A DNA stretch of 37,504 nucleotides from a virus (IMGVR_UViG_3300033076_000428:1-37504), one strand, 5' to 3'; counted from the first letter of the stretch, positions 1-8,986 are shown. A program made the numbers and translations. Notes: generated by a model not told the origin, from the letters alone.

Positions 1-2467
1 GCATGATCGCCACCACCGTCATCGGCAGGGGCTGGTCTTGCTTCACCATGATGAAACCGTCGAAGTCATAGCCACCAGCCCAGTCAATCGGGCCTTTGTC
101 GCCAGTGAACAGCGGCGGCGCTTGATCCATCAGGTCAGACCCAGCGCGGAACTCGATGGTGTCGAGCATGCTCTCGTCGGGGCCGACCTTTGCACCTAGC
201 GTATTGTAGAAGCGGAACACCACTTTCGTGATGCGTTTGGTCTTACCTTGAGATGTGCCGTCACCAGCGCCAGCCTCGATGCGGGTGGTCTTGAGCCATG
301 CAGGGCAGGGCAGGCCCACCTGCACCACCGAGGCCGAGCGTTGCAGGGTGATCGCGCCCGATGTCACCACACGGTCAGGGTGAGCTGCGCCATCAGCCAG
401 CACCTGCACGGTCTGGCCCTCGAGGTAGCCCAAGCCGCTGATCGTCGTGGTGGGCGAGCCGCTGTAGGTCGCGCCGCTGTCCACATAGAAGCAGCTCGAC
501 TGCAAGTCGCCGTCTTGGTACTCGCGCTCGAGGTACTCGACATATCGCTTGGTGCTGCCGTTGATCGTGCGCTTGACGATCATCCACAGGTCATCGCGGT
601 TCTGGTTGGGGTGAGGGATGACGCACACCGACTCGACCACGGCATCGCCGCCGTTGAACGAGCCACCAATGGTGTGGGGATGCCAGCCAAGAACGTCCTG
701 CTCTTTGTTGAACGTGAAGCCCAGCAAGCGGCCATCACCGCGAGCAGCCCACATGCAGACGTATGGCTCCTTGTGCCAGTCGGTCTGCACGATGCCGTTC
801 TGGGTGACATGCTCGGCCAGCACGGTCAGGTCGGTGGTGACGTAGCCGTTTTGCTGGAAGTTGTACGAGGCCTCTTTGAGCTTGCGGCCAGAGCGCTGCA
901 CAAACAGCGTCGAGTAGCCCACGCGCACGGGCTGCACGGCCTTGGAGCCTTCCGAGGTCTGCTGGTCGATCTTGACGTTGGCAGGCGCGAAAGCCTCGCT
1001 GGTGGAGTTTTCAGCACAGGCAAACTCAGCACCAGCCGTGCCGATCAGCAAGGCCTGCGTGGGTGCGAGCCACTGCACGGTGTTGACCTCGTCGCTCGAG
1101 ATCGTCACCTGAATGGCGCGGTCGGCCACCACTTGGCCGCTGTCGTCCTTGCTGGCAAAGTTCTCGAAGTCGCCTGCCACCGAGAAGTAGAGCTGGATGC
1201 CCTTAGACAGGGCTAGGCGCTCACGGAAGAAGGTCACCTTGGTTGGGTAGCCATCGGCAGCGTTGAAGGCTGCTTTGGCCCAACGGAAGGTGGGCGTGCC
1301 AAAGGTGAGCGCCACCGTACCAGCAGTCACACCAGTCGAGGTATCGAGGGTGACCTGCGAAGCGCTGTCAATCGACTTGATCTTCACGTTGGTCGGGATC
1401 GTCGAGCCGCTGACGGCCATGCCCACGCGCAGGTTGGTGGTCGAGCTTAGACCCGTTACCACCGCGCTGCCTGCGGTCGTTGTGCCGTTGATCGTGATGC
1501 CGACTACGCCGTAGGGGAGCTGGGCATTGCCCTGCACCACGGCTGTGACCTGCGTAGGCGAGGTGTAGCCAGTGATTTTGACGTAGCCATAGCCAGAGTC
1601 CACGAACAGCCAATCGAGGCCTTGGCGCTCGCATGTCGTGCCACTGATGCCTTGGTAGTCGCCATCGGCCAGCGTGCCATAGGTGTGGATGGGTTTGTCA
1701 GGGCCAGTGCGCCAAACCTTGCCCGATGTGGGCGTGCCGTTGGTCGTGCATTGATAGGTCTTGCCATCGCTGCGGCGATATACCCCGTAAGGGTTGGTCG
1801 AGTATTCCTGACCAGCAGTCCAAGGCTTGATCTGCGACAGGTCAGCAGGCTCGAGGTAGAAGAACGAGCCGACCATGCTCGAGGTGAACAGGTTTGCGCT
1901 TGACTTGAGCGTGATCGTGCCAGTGGTCGCGCTTGCATAGACCGTGATCGTGCGGTCGGTGTTCTGGGTCTGGAAAGGCCCATTGATCAGCGGCGCATCG
2001 GTGATCGTCCAGTTGGTGTTGCCAAGGCGCGATAGCTTCTGCAATGGGTGGTTGGGGTGGGCGATGTAGATCACGTCACCCGACTGCACCATCGACAGCG
2101 CAAACGTGCCATCGCTGTTGGTCATCTCAGCAGCGGTGAAAGGCGTGGCGATCTCGTAGGGCACGCCGCCAGACAAAAGCTGGCCGTGGTTGGTGTAGAA
2201 GCGCAGGTACAGGTCGCCAAACTCGAGGACGTAGGCCTGCGCTGTGTTGAACTCGAAACGGGCCAGCCATGTGCGGTTGGCGCTGCTCTTGACCTCAGAC
2301 ACATAGCGCGTGCCAGCTCGACGCACGGCTGGGCCTTGCACCGATGGGATGAAGTTGCGCATCTCAGCGCAGCCGCTGCTGTACTTGTTGACATCAGTGC
2401 GGCCAGCCATGAGTGGCGACAGCTCGCCAGCGTTGAACGATGAGCGAAGTGGTGAGGCCTTGGGCAT
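1..2467 (-). CDS. Tail tubular protein B / nozzle (BPP-1 Bbp13-like), 5' part; continues at 37504..37479 (830 aa total if the frame is open throughout)
   Basis: Absent from ORF track because it wraps. Read manually at both ends: ATG at 2467, MPKASPLRSSFNAGELSPLMAGRTDVNKY...NFIPSVQGPAVRRAGTRYV (characteristic FNAGELSP start); QDQPLPMTVVAIM at position 1 is in the same frame; follows tail tubular A. Confidence 0.9.
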   Translation of the reverse strand, partial: MPKASPLRSSFNAGELSPLMAGRTDVNKYSSGCAEMRNFIPSVQGPAVRRAGTRYVSEVKSSANRTWLARFEFNTAQAYVLEFGDLYLRFYTNHGQLLSGGVPYEIATPFTAAEMTNSDGTFALSMVQSGDVIYIAHPNHPLQKLSRLGNTNWTITDAPLINGPFQTQNTDRTITVYASATTGTITLKSSANLFTSSMVGSFFYLEPADLSQIKPWTAGQEYSTNPYGVYRRSDGKTYQCTTNGTPTSGKVWRTGPDKPIHTYGTLADGDYQGISGTTCERQGLDWLFVDSGYGYVKITGYTSPTQVTAVVQGNAQLPYGVVGITINGTTTAGSAVVTGLSSTTNLRVGMAVSGSTIPTNVKIKSIDSASQVTLDTSTGVTAGTVALTFGTPTFRWAKAAFNAADGYPTKVTFFRERLALSKGIQLYFSVAGDFENFASKDDSGQVVADRAIQVTISSDEVNTVQWLAPTQALLIGTAGAEFACAENSTSEAFAPANVKIDQQTSEGSKAVQPVRVGYSTLFVQRSGRKLKEASYNFQQNGYVTTDLTVLAEHVTQNGIVQTDWHKEPYVCMWAARGDGRLLGFTFNKEQDVLGWHPHTIGGSFNGGDAVVESVCVIPHPNQNRDDLWMIVKRTINGSTKRYVEYLEREYQDGDLQSSCFYVDSGATYSGSPTTTISGLGYLEGQTVQVLADGAAHPDRVVTSGAITLQRSASVVQVGLPCPAWLKTTRIEAGAGDGTSQGKTKRITKVVFRFYNTLGAKVGPDESMLDTIEFRAGSDLMDQAPPLFTGDKGPIDWAGGYDFDGFIMVKQDQPLPMTVVAIM

Positions 2468-2470
2468 CTC

Positions 2471-3070
2471 TTAAATCCTAGAAATGATCCAAGAATTGTC
2501 AGGCGGCGTGGCTGGAGGTTTCTCGATTGCGCCAATGCGGATGGCGGTACTCTTGGCACGCTTGTAGTCGTTCCAAGCTGCCTGCTTCTTGGTGTCGGAT
2601 TGGGTGAGGTCTTCGCAGATTTCGGCTGCGATGCGCGATGCAAGCATCTCGCGGAAGTTCACATCCCACTGATTCGGGTCTTCGATGCGTGCGATGTATC
2701 GCAGCTTCAATGGAGCCTCGATGTCGGTCAGGATGACGTTGCCCTCGATCATGTACTCCTGCGTTTCTGCGCCGATGTAGTTGTCCATCACAGCAGAGGG
2801 GTACTGGTCGTTGATCATGTCCAGACGCAGGAAGTCTGGCGGCAGGGCGTATTGGTATTGGAAGCCGAACGCAGGCGCGTCAGCAAGCGCAGCCAGTGAG
2901 GTGCGCTTCATTGCGAATTGCCAGCGGCTGGTGCGCAGCTCATCGTCTCGCAGGTCTTCAAAGCAAGAGGAGATCGAACGCGCAGCCTTCACATCATCGC
3001 TGAGTGAAGTGATACGCGCCGATCCGAGCTTGGTCAGCGCACGGTTGGCGACTTGAATGACTGAGGCCAT
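2471..3070 (-). CDS. Tail tubular protein A / adaptor (BPP-1 Bbp14-like)
   Basis: MASVIQVANRALTKLGS...WQFAMKRTSLA...YQYALPPDFLRL motif pattern; lies between head genes and tail tubular B. Confidence 0.88.
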   Translation of the reverse strand: MASVIQVANRALTKLGSARITSLSDDVKAARSISSCFEDLRDDELRTSRWQFAMKRTSLAALADAPAFGFQYQYALPPDFLRLDMINDQYPSAVMDNYIGAETQEYMIEGNVILTDIEAPLKLRYIARIEDPNQWDVNFREMLASRIAAEICEDLTQSDTKKQAAWNDYKRAKSTAIRIGAIEKPPATPPDNSWIISRI

Positions 3071-3082
3071 GTGCGCCTCCTA

Positions 3083-3400
3083 TCAACCCAAGCCGACCAA
3101 GTAGGCGTTGATGCCAGAAGGTGTGCCGCCACTCAATGCAACGCGCACATTGCCAGCAGGCAGACTTACGCCAGTTTGTGCTTTAGGCAGTGTCGTGTAG
3201 CGGATGGCGTTGGCGGTGAAGACCTCGACATCAGCCCACACGCCTGCAAGGTCTTGCACCTGCAAGCTGATGGTGGCCCCACTGATCGTTCCGCTGAACT
3301 GAACGATGTAAGTGCCACCTTTGATGCTAACAGCAGAGCCTGTGGCGCTGCCGCTTGAGAGCAGGGTATAAGCCTGATCATCTGCGCGACGAGTTGACAT
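3083..3400 (-). CDS. Small beta-rich virion-associated protein (hypothetical)
   Basis: 105-aa ORF with AAGGA RBS, Gly/Ser/Thr-rich beta-strand pattern, in the late operon. Confidence 0.7.
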   Translation of the reverse strand: MSTRRADDQAYTLLSSGSATGSAVSIKGGTYIVQFSGTISGATISLQVQDLAGVWADVEVFTANAIRYTTLPKAQTGVSLPAGNVRVALSGGTPSGINAYLVGLG

Positions 3401-3411
3401 AGGTCAATCCT

Positions 3412-3597
3412 TTAAAGAGGGTAGTTGTTCTTCAGCACGAAGTTGTAAAGGTTCGCCAGCGCTGTCAGCAGCTCTTGCTTGGTGGTCACGTTCGTGTTGT
3501 TGACAACGATCTCGACCTCTTTGCTTGTGCTGGCAGAGGTCGAAGTGACTGCGGCGTACTCGCTGTCGCCCTTGTTCAAGCCGTAGTAGAAAGCCAT
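3412..3597 (-). CDS. Hypothetical protein (61 aa)
   Basis: AGGAG RBS; fills the gap in the late operon. Confidence 0.7.
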   Translation of the reverse strand: MAFYYGLNKGDSEYAAVTSTSASTSKEVEIVVNNTNVTTKQELLTALANLYNFVLKNNYPL

Positions 3598-3615
3598 GAG
3601 TATCTCCTGATGAGA

Positions 3616-3646
3616 ATTGAAGAAGGGGCTGGGTTACCCCAGCCCC
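3616..3646 (-). terminator. Rho-independent terminator after the capsid/cement genes
   Basis: GGGGCTGGG-GTAA-CCCAGCCCC 9-bp stem followed by TTCTTCAAT on the minus strand; weak U-tract suggests partial read-through. Confidence 0.75.
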
Positions 3647-3661
3647 GCCTACATCGCCTGA

Positions 3662-4102
3662 TTAGACAGGCATGCTGTAGTAGAGATCGACAACCATAGT
3701 GCCGCTGGCTGGAAGCGCAGCAGTACCGATGGTGACGATCACTTGCTCTTCTGCGGTGAGAGGAGCAGCGGCCATCTGTGCGGCAGTACCGAAGGCTTGA
3801 GGCACATCGGTAGTAGTCACAGCACCAGCAGCCTTGTACTTGCCAGTCGTGCCAGCGATACCGATGGCGAGAGTGGCAGTAGAGGTCGAGGCGCTCACAG
3901 TGATGTTGCCACCCGCGAAGGTAGCACCAGCAGGCAAGTTGCCGATCACCAATGTGTCAGTGGTCGCTTGAGACGCAAACGTGAACGAGCCACGCAAACG
4001 CTTGAAGCGAGCGCCGACGACAGCGGCAGAGGGACGGAAGCCCGTGGGCACGCTGGTCTGGTTGGCAGAGCCAGTGAGGTCAGTAGAGAGATAGGTAGCC
4101 AT
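3662..4102 (-). CDS. Capsid cement/decoration protein (Bbp16-like position)
   Basis: 146 aa, Ala/Thr/Gly-rich, GNLPAGA motif, directly after the major capsid gene with GAAGGAG RBS. Confidence 0.7.
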   Translation of the reverse strand: MATYLSTDLTGSANQTSVPTGFRPSAAVVGARFKRLRGSFTFASQATTDTLVIGNLPAGATFAGGNITVSASTSTATLAIGIAGTTGKYKAAGAVTTTDVPQAFGTAAQMAAAPLTAEEQVIVTIGTAALPASGTMVVDLYYSMPV

Positions 4103-4120
4103 GTTGCGTCACTCCTTCAA

Positions 4121-5077
4121 TTAAACGCAGTTGATGATGACGCACTTCTTCTCTTCCATGCGTGCGCCACCGAACGTGCCAGTGACATACACCTGATAAG
4201 AGTTGCGCTTGTCGGCGCGGCGGTCGATGGAGGTGTTCACATCATTCCACACACCCAAGGCCAAGCCAGACTTAGCCCAGCAAGGAACCAAGTAGCGAGA
4301 GCCAGTGGTGTATTGGCCGTCAGACGAACCAGTAGCGATGCTTGGGTTGATCGCGGCGTTAAAGCTCGCGCCACCAGCAATACGCTCGCTGTGGACGAAG
4401 TTGAAGCCCATGAACGAGCTGATTTTGCCGTCAACCAACACAGGCTTGCTGTTGTAGTCCAAGCTGATAGCTTGAGCTTCGTTCAACAAGTCGTCGTGTT
4501 GCTTGGCAGTGATCGCCATGAACAACTGGTCGTTGTCCACATCGACTTCGGCTTCCAACAGTTTGCGCTTGGCTGCGCGCAGCTTTGCGATGTTCAAACC
4601 AGTGGCAGCAGAAGCGCCAACAGTGCCAGCAACCATTTGAGAGCCGCTGCCGTAGGCAGAGAGCAAGCCAGTGGAAGAAGTACCGTTTTCACCAGTGTTG
4701 TTGGCGTTGTAGAAGCCAGACAAGATTTCGTCGTCGATAGCGCGACCCATTGCCCAAGCGCCAGCCATTGCGTAGGAGCTGGTCGGATCGATCAGCATAC
4801 GCAGCTTGTCTTGGTTGTCGATCAGGTCAGCCCAGTCGTAGTCGTTGGGATAAATCCAACGCTTGTCTTGGGGGGTGCTGATCAATGGAGTGTCGCTGTG
4901 GCGAGACTGGTTGCGGACAGGAGAAACCTGACCGAACTGTTCTGCCATCGAAGCGGCTTTGCCAGTGAACTTGAAGTTCTGCACAGTGTTGCGCAGACGA
5001 GAGCCTTGCTGTTGCAAGAGCATTTGGACGTTCGTGCTGTACTGCTGAACGAACGCCGTGGAGACGTTGAAAGACAT
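4121..5077 (-). CDS. Major capsid protein (BPP-1 Bbp17-like)
   Basis: MSFNVSTAFVQQYSTNVQMLLQQQGSRLR...DWADLIDNQDKLRMLIDPTSSY...AMGRAIDD...FGGARMEE, typical of this capsid family. Confidence 0.93.
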   Translation of the reverse strand: MSFNVSTAFVQQYSTNVQMLLQQQGSRLRNTVQNFKFTGKAASMAEQFGQVSPVRNQSRHSDTPLISTPQDKRWIYPNDYDWADLIDNQDKLRMLIDPTSSYAMAGAWAMGRAIDDEILSGFYNANNTGENGTSSTGLLSAYGSGSQMVAGTVGASAATGLNIAKLRAAKRKLLEAEVDVDNDQLFMAITAKQHDDLLNEAQAISLDYNSKPVLVDGKISSFMGFNFVHSERIAGGASFNAAINPSIATGSSDGQYTTGSRYLVPCWAKSGLALGVWNDVNTSIDRRADKRNSYQVYVTGTFGGARMEEKKCVIINCV

Positions 5078-5084
5078 ATTTCTA

Positions 5085-5214
5085 CCCTTTGAAGGTTAGG
5101 TTGAACTGGTTGCAGCTTTAGCTGCGCTCTTCGTAGGGCTTGTCCGAGCAGAAGCTGTCGGGGCCAATTTGCTCTCTTTCGAGCTGTCACTCGGCCCTTG
5201 TGGGGTTATCGAGT
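5085..5214 (-). promoter_or_regulatory. Structured RNA leader upstream of the major capsid gene (two AYAA/C internal-loop hairpins plus a GAAA hairpin)
   Basis: Hairpins at 5189-5214, 5174-5183, 5137-5165 and 5112-5125 read from the sequence. Confidence 0.6.
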
Positions 5215-5344
5215 TGCCCACCCCGTTGACCCAAGCCAGATACGTTCTCGCGTTGGCGATCACTTCATCTGGGCTGCGATCAGCGCGGTGCGCCAGTTTC
5301 AGACATTCTAATCTGATTTGCGGGTCGTGTTGCAAGTTTTCCAT
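5096..5344 (-). CDS. Small hypothetical protein (82 aa) between scaffold and capsid genes
   Basis: MENLQHDPQIRLECLKLA...VIANARTYLAWV two-helix N-terminus; GAAGGG upstream; the low-complexity C-terminal half overlaps the RNA leader. Confidence 0.55.
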   Translation of the reverse strand: MENLQHDPQIRLECLKLAHRADRSPDEVIANARTYLAWVNGVGNSITPQGPSDSSKESKLAPTASARTSPTKSAAKAATSST

Positions 5345-5363
5345 CGCTGGTGTGCCCTTCGCA

Positions 5364-6239
5364 TCACTCAGGGAAAGCAACAGTCATCAAGCGCTTCATC
5401 TCGGCCTGCGCCTCGACATCGCCGTTCATGTACTTGGTCGCCCAGCCTGTGTCGTTTCGCAGTGCAGCGATACGCTCCTTGGCTGCTGCTGGTGTCATGC
5501 CGAAGCCCTGCGTGGTGTTGCCACCTTCGAAGTTGTGTTCGGTCAGGCCACGGCCAATCTTGGCCATCAGCTTGAGCATGTCGCCCGTGCCGATTGCGCC
5601 TTCGATGGCGGTGAGCTTTTCAGCGTCGAGGCCGAACTGCTTTGCAGCGCGGGAGCCGAGGGCGATGTTCTCGTCCCATGCTGGGCCCCATTCGCCTTTG
5701 AGAGCTGTCAGGTCTTGCTCGACCTTCTGGGCCGACTGCTGGGTCTGCTGGCCGACAGTGGTCTGCATGTACTCGTTCCACTTGCCGGCGATGATCTCGG
5801 CCTGCTTCTGGTTCAAGCCTGCCTCGTGCATCCAGTTGGACGCGACCTTGGCAAAACCGCCATCGTCGCCATCGGGCAGGGGCAGCTTGTACTCCTCGGC
5901 AGACTTGGGACGGCCAAGCGCGTCATAGACACGGCCCCAGCCCTCGGCATCGTCTGCGCCCTTGGGCATGGGCAGCTTCTCGCCGCCGAGCAACTTCTCG
6001 AGGTTCTTGTAGCCAACGGCCAGCTCGCTGGGGTCTTTCCAGCCCTTGTTCTGGACGTAGCCTTTCAGCTCTTCGTCACCGAAGGTGTCGTACCAGTTGC
6101 CGCTTGCGGGAGGCGTGCCGCCCTGATCGTTGCCACCTGCGGGTGGGGTCGATGCTGGTGGTGTACCGCCAGCGTTTCCAGCGGGTTCACCTGCTGGGTT
6201 GCCTGCAAGCATTGCAGACCCGTTCATTGCATCAGACAT
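5364..6239 (-). CDS. Capsid scaffolding/assembly protein (Bbp18-like)
   Basis: Pro/Gly-rich N-terminus; KGWKDP...YKNLEKLLG...LGRPKSAEEY...LKGEWG; upstream of the capsid gene; AAGGAG RBS. Confidence 0.85.
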   Translation of the reverse strand: MSDAMNGSAMLAGNPAGEPAGNAGGTPPASTPPAGGNDQGGTPPASGNWYDTFGDEELKGYVQNKGWKDPSELAVGYKNLEKLLGGEKLPMPKGADDAEGWGRVYDALGRPKSAEEYKLPLPDGDDGGFAKVASNWMHEAGLNQKQAEIIAGKWNEYMQTTVGQQTQQSAQKVEQDLTALKGEWGPAWDENIALGSRAAKQFGLDAEKLTAIEGAIGTGDMLKLMAKIGRGLTEHNFEGGNTTQGFGMTPAAAKERIAALRNDTGWATKYMNGDVEAQAEMKRLMTVAFPE

Positions 6240-6266
6240 TTAAGCTCCTTTGGAGTGGTTGAGAAA

Positions 6267-6719
6267 TCAGGACAAAAACTTGAGTTTGTAGGTGGTCGAG
6301 TTGAGCAGCGACACAATGCCGTCGATGTCGTTCTGCATCTCGCTGTCGTCGCACACGAGGTATCGCGTATTGTCCACATACTTGTTGAGGTGAACCACGA
6401 ACTCGAGTGGGTGGCCGTAAGGCGGCACGGTCGCTTGGTTCGGGTACTTTTCGATGATGCCGTACTTGCCTTGGTAGCTCTCGACAAAACCATCGACGAG
6501 GTCGGGCAGCTCTTTGTAGAGCGTATCGAGCGCCATGTGTTCTGCGAAGCTGCGCGTCTGCAAGTGCAGCATGTGCGCCATCGGCGCGGCCAGCAGCAAG
6601 GTCATCACAAACTCAGCAGCCTTGGGGTTGGTGCTGGTGTTTTCCTTGGTGCTGTACTCTTTGCCCTCATCTGCTGGGTTGTCGCCCGACAGCATGTTGG
6701 CTGCTTTAGTCGTTGCCAT
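6267..6719 (-). CDS. Dps/ferritin-like four-helix protein (DUF5856-like) with an N-terminal extension
   Basis: HMLHLQTRSFAEHMALDTLY...DLVDGFVESYQGKYG...YKLKFL; H61/D65/D76/E80 spacing matches Dps ferroxidase ligands. Confidence 0.75.
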   Translation of the reverse strand: MATTKAANMLSGDNPADEGKEYSTKENTSTNPKAAEFVMTLLLAAPMAHMLHLQTRSFAEHMALDTLYKELPDLVDGFVESYQGKYGIIEKYPNQATVPPYGHPLEFVVHLNKYVDNTRYLVCDDSEMQNDIDGIVSLLNSTTYKLKFLS

Positions 6720-7011
6720 TGTCAGGCTCCTCGAGGTTGAAAACTTGCTTCTCGTCGATGTGCAGGTGGGCCATCAAGCGCAGCCACACCTCGCGGCGAC
6801 CTTCGGCCATTGCCATTGCGATGGGGTCGATCTGCTTTGAAATGGGCGACACCATCACGGTCGATGATGTGGCGCGGCAGAACTTCTTGAGGTCTGCCAG
6901 CACCACTTCTGCGTTGGCGCTGATGTTGCCATCGGCATCGAAGAACACACGGCGATATGCCGTCTTGCGGTTCAAGATGCGCTGTACTGCTTTGGTCAGG
7001 TTGCCAATCAT
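6706..7011 (-). CDS. Bbp19-like small head-module protein
   Basis: YRRVF...VLADLKKFC...EGRREVWLRL motif; directly after the portal gene. Confidence 0.75.
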   Translation of the reverse strand: MIGNLTKAVQRILNRKTAYRRVFFDADGNISANAEVVLADLKKFCRATSSTVMVSPISKQIDPIAMAMAEGRREVWLRLMAHLHIDEKQVFNLEEPDNGND

Positions 7012-8663
7012 GCTGGGAAGAGACTAGGTGCTTGTTGAGATGGTGAGGCAGACTGCAAGGCCTGCGCCTGTGCCAAGTCCTTGGCAGTGCTTGCGGCCAC
7101 GGGTGCAGCGGCCAAGAGCTGCTGGGCTTGTGCGGCCTGCGCCTTCTGGTCGTTGAGCTTCTGCATCTCTTCGGTCGAGCGCATAACCTTGGCAGGCACG
7201 CCGTTGATGTCGGCCAGCTCGCGTGCGATTTTCTCGGGGTCGAACACATCCAGCACGCTAGGGTCGATCTGGGCCAAGGGCGCGATGGCCTGCAAGGTGT
7301 TCATGATCGCCACGCCTTCTTCGGCACGCTGTGCGCGGTTCAATGGCGAGACGTACTCGACATCGACCATGCCGCCAGCCTCGCGCAGTGCATCGGGCAT
7401 GGGTGGCAAAGCGCCAGCACGGGCCAAGATGTCGATCTCGCGCACGATGATGGGGCCAAGGAACTCGGACTGCTGACGGCCCATTGTGGGGGCAAGCAGC
7501 GCGCCTTTTTCCTGCGCACGAAGCATGGCCTCGGTCGCGGTCATCTGTGGGCTGTCCACAAGGATTTGGAACAACGTGACCAAGAAGGCATCGTTGATCG
7601 TCTTGCGGCGCTGCTCCATCATGTCGAGGCCGATGTCCACACGGCCATTGGTCTGCAACGCATGCACGAGCTGCTGGCCCTGCTCGTTGACACCGCCGTA
7701 GTTCAAAGCGCTGGGACGCATGTCGAATGCAGCCAGTGCGCCGTCCTCTTGCAAGAGCAGGGGAGGATCGACCATCTTGTGGGCAGCGCGGATCACCGTC
7801 TTGCTCATCTCGTTGAGCATCTTGATGTCGGGCAGCACGGTCATCGCAGGGCTGCGGCCATAGACCTCTTTGGGGCCAGTGACGTAGCGACCAACGGCGT
7901 AGGGCATGGTGTGGTAGCCACCCTCGCTCACGATGGTGCGACCATCGAGGGAGATGTAGCAGGACGCAACGGGCATGCCCTTGTAGTCCTTGCGGCCATA
8001 CTCCATGTCTTGGCGCGGCATCACAGCGTGGATGAACTCGAAGTTCTGCTCGGGTGTTTTCTCGACAGCCTTCTGGATGATCTCGGGCAAGACCTTGAGG
8101 CCAAAGCGCTGGGCAGCTTGGCGTGCAGTCATGGGGAAGCGACGATGCACGGTGTCCACCACACCTTGGTGGTTCTCAGCGATGTAGATTTCGTTGAGGG
8201 GCACGCTGCGGTAGCGAATGCCGTGGCCGACCATGTCGTCAACGAACATCGCACCAGTGCCGAAAGCGCCAAGGCTCATATAGCACTCGTTGGCCTGTGA
8301 CGCGAAGTTGGCTTTGGGCGAGTAGCGCACCTTGAACAACTGCATTGTCAGAGCATCGAGGTACTCTTTGACTTCCTGATCTTCATCGAGGACAGGGTCA
8401 CCAGTCTTGAGCTTGTGCCAGCGCTGCGTGCGCGGCGTGAGCATGCTCTCCATCGCGGCAGAGAAGCGCTCGAGGGCAAGGTTGGCGGTCGCATCAAACA
8501 CGCGCTCGGTGTGCTTGTCACCAGCTTGGCGGTTGACGCGAAAGTGGTCAGCGCGAGGCAAGATGCGCTCTGCGATCTCGCGCCAATGGCTGTCGAAAAT
8601 GGCGCGGTCAGTCGCCATCTTCTCCTGCCTGCGAATGATGTCATCGACGCGAGAGTCGGCCAT
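7008..8663 (-). CDS. Portal (head-tail connector) protein, Bbp21/T7 gp8 family
   Basis: 551 aa; FGTGAMF, EVYGRSPAM, DPPLL, MTATEAMLRAQEK motifs. Confidence 0.95.
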   Translation of the reverse strand: MADSRVDDIIRRQEKMATDRAIFDSHWREIAERILPRADHFRVNRQAGDKHTERVFDATANLALERFSAAMESMLTPRTQRWHKLKTGDPVLDEDQEVKEYLDALTMQLFKVRYSPKANFASQANECYMSLGAFGTGAMFVDDMVGHGIRYRSVPLNEIYIAENHQGVVDTVHRRFPMTARQAAQRFGLKVLPEIIQKAVEKTPEQNFEFIHAVMPRQDMEYGRKDYKGMPVASCYISLDGRTIVSEGGYHTMPYAVGRYVTGPKEVYGRSPAMTVLPDIKMLNEMSKTVIRAAHKMVDPPLLLQEDGALAAFDMRPSALNYGGVNEQGQQLVHALQTNGRVDIGLDMMEQRRKTINDAFLVTLFQILVDSPQMTATEAMLRAQEKGALLAPTMGRQQSEFLGPIIVREIDILARAGALPPMPDALREAGGMVDVEYVSPLNRAQRAEEGVAIMNTLQAIAPLAQIDPSVLDVFDPEKIARELADINGVPAKVMRSTEEMQKLNDQKAQAAQAQQLLAAAPVAASTAKDLAQAQALQSASPSQQAPSLFPA

Positions 8664-8665
8664 GA

Positions 8666-8986
8666 TCAGCTCCCCAAGAGAGTTTTAGTGCCAGCGTTGG
8701 AACCAGTCGTCCCAGCACTTGCGAGCATCTGCGCGCCGCTGCCACTGGCTTTGCGGCGAGATGCCATGTTTTGAAAATCGAGTGCGCCCTGCGCGTCCTG
8801 CTGCGTGCCACGCATTTCAGGTGGTGGCTTATAGGCGTTGGCTTGCTGTGCCTGTTGCAATGCTGCGGCAGCGGCTGGAGCGCCACCAGCGTTTCCTGCG
8901 TCTGTCGCGCTGCCCATGATGTTGCCAAGCGCCCTCATGGTTGGCTCAACAACGCCGCTGACAACGGTTTTTACTGCGCCACCCAT
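8666..8986 (-). CDS. Small virion protein before the portal gene (Bbp22/T7 gp7.3-like), copy 2
   Basis: MGGAVKTVV...RRKASG...KTLLGS; GGAGG RBS. Confidence 0.7.
   Translation of the reverse strand: MGGAVKTVVSGVVEPTMRALGNIMGSATDAGNAGGAPAAAAALQQAQQANAYKPPPEMRGTQQDAQGALDFQNMASRRKASGSGAQMLASAGTTGSNAGTKTLLGS

Noticed and set aside
248-8300. Long plus-strand ORFs (248-1216, 3743-5092, 5169-6740, 7128-8300)
   Set aside because: All lie antisense to well-supported structural genes and have shadow-type composition
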